A DNA stretch of 15,266 nt from Rhodothermales bacterium. Its GTDB lineage: Bacteria > Bacteroidota > Rhodothermia > Rhodothermales > VXPQ01. Position numbers and translations under genes: made by a program. The notes beneath the pieces were generated by a model. That model ran no database searches and was not told the origin of the DNA. It saw only the letters and a program-made list of their open reading frames with translations. The stretch is taken from positions 73,883 to 89,148 of the forward strand of contig JBBDTI010000016.1 of NCBI GenBank assembly GCA_040904565.1, given 5' to 3'. Shown here piece after piece: positions 7,227 through 15,266 of the stretch (position 1 is the first letter of the stretch; each line of letters opens with the position of its first letter).

Positions 7227-8639
7227 TTAGAGATAGATCAGCGTCGCCAGCAGAAAATAGATCGCCAGGCCGAGGATGTCGTTGCTGGTCATGATGAAGG
7301 GACCCGTGGCCAGCGCGGGGTCGATCTTGAGGCGGTCGAGAAGCAGTGGGACGGTCGTTCCGATCAGCGTGGCCAGTACGATGGTCGTCAGCATCGACAG
7401 AGACGCCGTGACCGCGAGCCGCGGGATGCGGTCGCTCTCGATCGGCAGCAGCATCACGGCTCCGCCCAGGACAAGTGCCAGCACGATGCCGTTGAGCACG
7501 GCCACGCTGAGCTCCTTTCCGATGCGGCGCAGGACGTCCGTCGACCACACCTCACCGCTGGCGAGGCCCTGCACGACGATGGCCGAGCTCTGGATGCCTG
7601 CGTTGCCTGCCATCGCCATCACGATCGGGATGAACGCCGCCAGGACGACCGCCTGCTCCAGCGCCCCTTCGAACTGTCCGATAACGAGTCCGGACAGCCC
7701 TGCCCCGGCCATGCCGACGAGCAGCCACGGCAGGCGGCCGCGGATGATTCGCAGCACGGTGTCGGTCGGCTCCTCGCTGCCCGACATACCGCTCATGCGC
7801 TGGATGTCTTCCTCGGCTTCCTCGCGGATGACGTCGACGATGTCGTCGATGGTAATCCGGCCGAGCATCGTGCCCTGCGCGTCCACCACCGGCAGCGACA
7901 CGAGGTCGTAGCGCTGCATAATGCGGGCGACCTCCTCCTGGTCTATGTGCGGCGTCACGGTGATCAGATCGGCGTCCATAATGTCCGACACGAGCGAATC
8001 GGCCGGTGTCAGCAGCAGATTTTTCAGCGAGACGCTGCCGACGAGCTTCCCGCGTTCGTCGACGGCAAAAACGGCGTACACGTCCTCCACCTTGTCAGCG
8101 TTTCGCCGCACCTCCTCCGTGGCCTCGCCGGAGGTCCAGGTGCTGGACACGACGACGAACTCCGTCCCCATGATGCCGCCCGCCGACTCCTCGTCGTACC
8201 CGAGCAGCGACCGAACGTCTGCGCTGTTTTCAAGCCGGGGGAGGACCTGAAACGCCATCTCCGACGGAAGGTCGGCCAGCACGTCGGCGGCATCGTCCGT
8301 CTCGAGGTGACCCAGCAGCGTCGTCACCTTCTCCGCATTGGCTCCCTCCAGGAGGCGGGCGCGAAACTCGTCGTCGAGCTCCGCCAGCACGAGACCCGCC
8401 TGGTCGTCCGGCAGCCAGCTGAACAGCGTTTCCGCCTCAACGGCGGAGAGATGGCTCAGCAGCTGCGCCAGGTCGACGGGATAGAGGTCGGCCACGAGAT
8501 TCATGACCATCCCCTGCATGTTCGACTCGAGCAGCGTGGCGATGTCCGTCACCAGATCCCGGTCTACTTCAAGCAGACCTGGCGGACGTTCAACATCGTC
8601 CTTCTCGATGTCTCCATTCTCGACGGCGGGTCGTTCCAT
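7227..8639 (-). CDS. mgtE: Magnesium transporter MgtE
   Basis: Acidic N-domain (DDAADVLADLP), tandem CBS domains (ESAGGIMGTE, RYDLVSLPVVD, GRITIDDIVDVIREEA) and TM domain with RLPWL, AMAGNAGIQS, DPALATGPFI and the Mg-binding Asp in TSNDILG. Confidence 0.96.
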   Translation of the reverse strand: MERPAVENGDIEKDDVERPPGLLEVDRDLVTDIATLLESNMQGMVMNLVADLYPVDLAQLLSHLSAVEAETLFSWLPDDQAGLVLAELDDEFRARLLEGANAEKVTTLLGHLETDDAADVLADLPSEMAFQVLPRLENSADVRSLLGYDEESAGGIMGTEFVVVSSTWTSGEATEEVRRNADKVEDVYAVFAVDERGKLVGSVSLKNLLLTPADSLVSDIMDADLITVTPHIDQEEVARIMQRYDLVSLPVVDAQGTMLGRITIDDIVDVIREEAEEDIQRMSGMSGSEEPTDTVLRIIRGRLPWLLVGMAGAGLSGLVIGQFEGALEQAVVLAAFIPIVMAMAGNAGIQSSAIVVQGLASGEVWSTDVLRRIGKELSVAVLNGIVLALVLGGAVMLLPIESDRIPRLAVTASLSMLTTIVLATLIGTTVPLLLDRLKIDPALATGPFIMTSNDILGLAIYFLLATLIYL

Positions 8640-8696
8640 ACGGTGCAGCGAAGCGGCGGTCGCGATGTGAGCTTAGTGATGGTGGATGAGCCGTTC

Positions 8697-8756
8697 GGGA
8701 GACGCACGCCCTGATGCCCTGGGAGATACGCCGCGAGATGCGCCGGAGCGCACGCC
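8697..8756. repeat. Degenerate ~12-bp tandem repeats in the rsmA-mgtE spacer
   Basis: GGGAGACGCACGCC (8697), GGGAGATACGCC (8721), GCGAGATGCGCC (8733), GGAGCGCACGCC (8745). Confidence 0.4.
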
Positions 8757-8761
8757 CGGCA

Positions 8762-9544
8762 CTACGAACGAGACTCAAGATAACGTGCGAGTGCGACAAA
8801 CTCCGGGGGCGTCAGTTCCTCGGCGCGACGCCCTTCGAGATCTCCTTCCAGTTCGATGCCCATCCCCCGCGTCCATCGCCCGAGGCTGTTGCGCAGCGTT
8901 TTGCGCCGCTGATTGAACGCCGTACGGATGACGTCGCGGAGAAACTCGGGATCCACGTCGTCCAGCATGGAATCGTCGCCGCGCAGCCGCAGCCGCACCA
9001 TCGCGCTGTGCACGTCCGGCCGCGGGAAAAACACGTTGGGCGATACCTTAAAGAGCAGTTCCGGCTCCGTAAAGGTTTGCAGCTGCACGCTCAGGATTCC
9101 GTAGGCCTTCGTGCGCGGCTCCGCGACGAGTCGCTCCGCGACCTCGAGCTGCATCATCACGACGGCCTCGCGCACGATGGTTCGCGCGTCGATCAGGTCG
9201 AAGAGGATCTGGCTCGTGATGTTATAGGGCAGATTCCCGACCACGTAGATCGGCGCCCCCTTCTCTTCGGCGAGCGACGCCCAATCGAGCTGGAGAATGT
9301 CGCGTTCGCGGACGTCGAGATCGGGAAATTCACCCCGCAGGTACGCGACGGCGCGCTCGTCGATCTCGAACGCCGTGAAGGTCGCAAACCGTTCGAGGAG
9401 CTCTCCCGTGAGCGCGCCCTGTCCAGCCCCGATCTCAACCACGTGCCTGTCGGCGGGTGCGCGGACGGCGTCCACGATCTTCCGCACGATATTCGGATCG
9501 TGCAGGAAGTTCTGGCCGAGCGACTGCTTGGGACGAATGGACAT
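8762..9544 (-). CDS. rsmA: 16S rRNA (adenine(1518)-N6/adenine(1519)-N6) dimethyltransferase
   Basis: PKQSLGQNFL, VVEIGAGQGALT (SAM motif I), FEIDER, VGNLPYNIT (motif IV), MMQLEVAERL, YGILSV, FFPRPDVHSA, FNQRRKTLRNSL, RRAEEL. Confidence 0.97.
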   Translation of the reverse strand: MSIRPKQSLGQNFLHDPNIVRKIVDAVRAPADRHVVEIGAGQGALTGELLERFATFTAFEIDERAVAYLRGEFPDLDVRERDILQLDWASLAEEKGAPIYVVGNLPYNITSQILFDLIDARTIVREAVVMMQLEVAERLVAEPRTKAYGILSVQLQTFTEPELLFKVSPNVFFPRPDVHSAMVRLRLRGDDSMLDDVDPEFLRDVIRTAFNQRRKTLRNSLGRWTRGMGIELEGDLEGRRAEELTPPEFVALARYLESRS

Positions 9545-9589
9545 GGGAGGAGCTGTTTTGCGCTGGACCGGAGGATTGGCGATCCGGCT

Positions 9590-10687
9590 TCACCGAAGCC
9601 GTTTCCGTCGATTGCGGATGTAATCTTCGAAGATGTATTCGCCGAGGTCATCCAGGCTGGCGTAGTACGCCCGGCCGTGATTCGACTCGGTCAGCTCCCG
9701 CACGAAGTTCTGGAGATACGGGTCGCGGGCGATCATGAATGTGGTGATCGTAACCCCCTCGCGGCGACAGATGACGGCTTCGTCGAGCACTTTGTTGACG
9801 ATGCGGCGGTCGAGTCCGAATGCATTGCGATACATCCTCCCGTACTCGATGTGACAGCTCGGCTTGCCGTCCGTGATCATGAAGATCTGCTTGTTGCGGT
9901 TCTTGCGCCGGTGCAGGATATCGCGTGCCCGCTGAAGCCCGGCCCGCGTATTCGTGTAGTACGGCCCGACCTCCAGGTAGGGAAGATCCTTGACGGACAC
10001 TTCCCACGCGTCGTTTCCGAATGCCACGATGTCGAGCGAATCCTTCGGATACTGCGTCATGATCAGCTCCGACAGGGCCATGGCGGTCTTGCGCGCCGGC
10101 GTAATCCGGTCTTCACCGTAAAGGACCATCGAGTGAGAGAGATCGATCATGAGAACCGTCGACATATTCGTCTGATGGTCCGTCTCATGGACCTCGAAGT
10201 CCTCCTCCTTCAGGTTCCAGTTCCGCACGCCCGCCCGGCGAAAGGAGTTCGAGAGCGTATCGGTCACGTTCAGCAGATGGGGATCGTCGCCGAACCGCCA
10301 GGATCTCGTCTCCGGCAGCCGCTCGTCCCCCCGCCCCGCGAACGGCGTCTTGTGGCTGCCTCTTCCGCTCTTGCGCAGCTGGCGGAAGACCTCTTCCAGC
10401 GATCGCCGGCGCAGCGAACGCTCCGTGCGGGCCGTTATGCGTATCTCCCCCTGCTCGTCCTCCTGCAAGAACCCGCGCTTCTTGAGCTCCTCGATGAAGT
10501 CCCCGATCCCCGTCTCCTCATCCGTCAGCCCGTACTGCTTGTCGAGCTGCGTGAGCCAGTTCAGCGCTTCGGCCGCATCGCCCGCCGTGTGCTGCAGCAG
10601 CTCCTGAAAAAGATCGAAGAGCTGCTCGAACAGGGGCCGGGTGTCCCCATGGCGTTCGGCGTCCCACTTCAGGTATCGGATGAACAT
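9590..10687 (-). CDS. VWA (von Willebrand factor A) domain protein with intact MIDAS
   Basis: MIDAS residues: DLSHS (DxSxS), T in YYTNT and D in MITDGKPS. Helical N-terminal region. ATG 10687 (365 aa) is preferred because the listed start at 10768 overlaps the upstream gene. Confidence 0.88.
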   Translation of the reverse strand: MFIRYLKWDAERHGDTRPLFEQLFDLFQELLQHTAGDAAEALNWLTQLDKQYGLTDEETGIGDFIEELKKRGFLQEDEQGEIRITARTERSLRRRSLEEVFRQLRKSGRGSHKTPFAGRGDERLPETRSWRFGDDPHLLNVTDTLSNSFRRAGVRNWNLKEEDFEVHETDHQTNMSTVLMIDLSHSMVLYGEDRITPARKTAMALSELIMTQYPKDSLDIVAFGNDAWEVSVKDLPYLEVGPYYTNTRAGLQRARDILHRRKNRNKQIFMITDGKPSCHIEYGRMYRNAFGLDRRIVNKVLDEAVICRREGVTITTFMIARDPYLQNFVRELTESNHGRAYYASLDDLGEYIFEDYIRNRRKRLR

Positions 10688-10730
10688 GATGACCTTGCTT
10701 CGTACTTCGTTGCACAGAACGGAGGGCCTG

Positions 10731-11924
10731 CTAACCCTGATACGGCGTATCCAGGTAACGTTTCGCACGCTGGTGTGCTCCGGACCAGTCTTTCATCCGC
10801 AGCACCTGACGGTAGGCCGCGACGGCATGAGCGCGCTCCCCTCTCGCGTCGCGGGACATCCCTTCACGCAGTCTCCCGAGCACCTCGAAGTAGCCGTCCT
10901 CACCGGTCCCGTCGGACAGCTCGCGCAGCTCCGCCAGATACGCCAGCGCCGTTTCGTACTCGCGGTACACCATGTGGCTCCGCGCCAGAAAATAGTAAGC
11001 CTGCACGGCCGCCGCATCGTTGTAGCCGGGGGCTTCGTTTTCATACCGATCGACGACGGACTCAAAGACGGAGCGGGATTTCTCCCAGCGGCCCCATTTC
11101 GCGTAGACCCGCCCCTCGAACGTGTGAAAGAAGGAGTTTTTCGGATGTCTATTCCGCAGCCACGTGGCATAATACACGCTGCGGTCGTAGTCGTTCTCGA
11201 AGAGGTAGTAGATCTGCAAGAGAAAGTACGCCGCCTCGGTACGAACGAACCGGCCATCCTCGACGGTCCGCTCGAGCTCACGGATGCCGCGGCTGCGGCT
11301 GCCGTTCGGGAAAAAGACCATCACCGGCTTCACGTACGGATACCGGTCCGGTATCGCCGCCGCGTAGTAGTCGTAGATGCCTTTCCCAAACGCATAATCG
11401 GCATTGCGCGGATCGCGCTCGGCGACGCCCAACACGTAATCCATCGCACGAATGCCGTCTCGGGCCGACCTGAACCATTCGCCGCGGTTCGATCGAAGGC
11501 GTCCCCGGAACCCGAGCGCGGCCCCCTTGAAGAACATCGCGTCGAAGTCGTGCTCATTCCGGCGCAGCATGCGATCGGACCGGTCGATGACCTCCTCCAT
11601 CGCGTCGTAGAACGCGTCGTCGTGCGACTCGTCCGACAGGTCCAGAAGAATCGTCCACCACGTGTTGAGAGCCAGCAGAAACGGCCCCACTGGGTGGTCC
11701 GGGTAGCGTCGGTCGATGGATCCGAAGTAGGCGCGGGCCTTGACGAATTCCATGTTGTAGAGGTGGTCCAGGCCCGTTTCGATGCGCGACTGTACGAGCG
11801 GGTCGTCCAGCACCGAGGTGTACGCGTTGGACTGCGCATGGACCGGTACGGCGAGAAGCAGGAACGCGGCGAGCACGACGACGGCCGGCGAGGCGAGCCT
11901 CGCGGCGACGCTTGCGGCGTCCAT
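10731..11924 (-). CDS. Secreted/periplasmic TPR-like alpha-solenoid protein
   Basis: Signal-peptide-like N-terminus (VVVLAAFLLLAVPVHA/QS) and TPR-like helical pairs (GLDHLYNMEFVKARAYF, DPRNADYAFGKGIYDYY, AYYFLARSHMVYREYETALAYL, AHAVAAYRQVL). Start at 11924 or 11954. Confidence 0.8.
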   Translation of the reverse strand: MDAASVAARLASPAVVVLAAFLLLAVPVHAQSNAYTSVLDDPLVQSRIETGLDHLYNMEFVKARAYFGSIDRRYPDHPVGPFLLALNTWWTILLDLSDESHDDAFYDAMEEVIDRSDRMLRRNEHDFDAMFFKGAALGFRGRLRSNRGEWFRSARDGIRAMDYVLGVAERDPRNADYAFGKGIYDYYAAAIPDRYPYVKPVMVFFPNGSRSRGIRELERTVEDGRFVRTEAAYFLLQIYYLFENDYDRSVYYATWLRNRHPKNSFFHTFEGRVYAKWGRWEKSRSVFESVVDRYENEAPGYNDAAAVQAYYFLARSHMVYREYETALAYLAELRELSDGTGEDGYFEVLGRLREGMSRDARGERAHAVAAYRQVLRMKDWSGAHQRAKRYLDTPYQG

Positions 11925-12119
11925 CTTAGTGCGATGTCGAAACCGAGTCATCATCCCGTACTCCGATTGCGCCGGTCGTTAGTGATTGGATCTGGAGTGC
12001 GCCCGTGTTGTTTCGCCGTACTAAAGGGCCGTTGATAATCCCCGCATCTCTGCGTTGCACTCCGCCGGCCCTTGGCAGAGACAGATCTCGACGGGTTTCT
12101 AATAGAACTATACACAAGC

Positions 12120-12151
12120 AAAAAAGGCGCCACCTCCGAAGAGATGACGCC
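12120..12151 (-). terminator. Rho-independent terminator downstream of bioY
   Basis: The minus strand reads GGCGUCAUCUC-UUCG-GAGGUGGCGCC-UUUUUU: an 11-bp stem (2 G-U), a C(UUCG)G tetraloop and 6 U, 25 nt after the bioY stop. Confidence 0.92.
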
Positions 12152-12176
12152 CGCTGCCTTCTGAACTCTCGAGAGC

Positions 12177-12764
12177 CTATTCGTTTCGTCCACCCATGCG
12201 CCGCGAGCCGGTGTACAACATACTGACCAGCAGGATCTTCGCCAGGTCGATGGGGATGAAGCGCAGGAATCCCTTATCGATCGACTCCATCCACGTCGCG
12301 TGGCCGGCCACGAAGTGCAGCCAGATGACGCCGGATGCGAAGAAGATCAGCGAACCCGCCATCATCGAGAGCGTGCTGCCCGTCAGCGAATTCCAGCGCT
12401 TCGACAGCCATCCGACGACGGCCGCGGTCAACGGATAGGCGAACAGGTATCCGGCGCTGACGGCGGCGAGCAGATAGCCGAGCCCGTATCCGTCTCCCGC
12501 GAACACGGGGAGGAATAGACCCATCGCCAGGTACAGCAGCTGGGCGAGCATGCCGTTGCGCCAGCCCAGAAAGAGACCGCTGCCGAAAACGACGAGCGTC
12601 TGGAGCGTGAAGGGCACTTCCCACACGTAGAGTCGAACCTGCGCGGCCGCCGCCGTGAGCAGCGCGAAGCCGGCGATGCTGAGAACCTGGACGAGCGCCG
12701 ACGCACGCTCTTCACGAAGGGCGTCGACGAGGGACGGAGCGGGCGCGGTCAAGCGAATGATCAT
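12177..12764 (-). CDS. bioY: Biotin transporter BioY (ECF S-component family)
   Basis: FALLTAAAAQV, VPFTLQTLVV, LYLAMGLFLPVFAG, SAGYLFAYP and FIPIDLAK motifs; 195 aa, hydrophobic. Confidence 0.93.
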   Translation of the reverse strand: MIIRLTAPAPSLVDALREERASALVQVLSIAGFALLTAAAAQVRLYVWEVPFTLQTLVVFGSGLFLGWRNGMLAQLLYLAMGLFLPVFAGDGYGLGYLLAAVSAGYLFAYPLTAAVVGWLSKRWNSLTGSTLSMMAGSLIFFASGVIWLHFVAGHATWMESIDKGFLRFIPIDLAKILLVSMLYTGSRRMGGRNE

Positions 12765-12812
12765 AGCGATGTATTGCGGTTGGAGTGTACGTTACGTTCG
12801 TCAAGTCTTGTA

Positions 12813-15266
<2,454 letters not shown>

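Noticed and set aside
8714-11473. 919-aa plus-strand ORF
   Set aside because: It is the antisense shadow of rsmA, the VWA gene and part of the TPR gene. High-GC codon bias depletes antisense stops, it has no recognisable motifs, and its tail is Arg/Pro/Ser-rich junk.
10641-12035. 464-aa plus-strand ORF
   Set aside because: It mirrors the TPR gene codon for codon on the opposite strand and has no independent features.
12024-12082. Assignment to an HDV-like ribozyme or a known riboswitch
   Set aside because: The minus-strand helix order loosely resembles HDV P1/P2/P3, but the L3-equivalent loop (GAGUGCAA) lacks the pyrimidine-rich consensus and P1.1 pairing. Hammerhead, fluoride, SAM and cobalamin core motifs were also absent. 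It is kept only as an unassigned structured candidate.

Overview
A GC-rich, gene-dense bacterial chromosomal segment of mostly housekeeping genes. The Cys-type CcmE, Bacteroidota-style CcmD and VWA proteins, and SD-less leaders suggest a Rhodothermota/Bacteroidota relative (inference). Plus strand: 5'-truncated adenosine deaminase, aroA, murB, then a partial cytochrome c maturation cluster ccmB-ccmC-ccmD-ccmE. A small MGMT-family gene lies on the minus strand between aroA and murB. Minus strand, in transcription order: 5'-truncated metH, bioY, an intrinsic terminator, a secreted TPR-like protein, a VWA protein, rsmA/ksgA, mgtE and two tandem paralogous 4-TM membrane proteins. I saw no mobile elements, CRISPR arrays, tRNA or rRNA. 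The best candidate for an undescribed system is the coupled 4-TM pair, which resembles single repeat units of the heme-copper oxidase fold and splits the HxH motif between the two proteins (FVH vs HVE), right next to ccmE. Other leads are a MurB with Asp at the conserved active-site Arg, a possibly pseudoknotted RNA upstream of the TPR gene, and a periodic 9-mer upstream of ccmC. All family calls come from motif recognition; no database searches were run.
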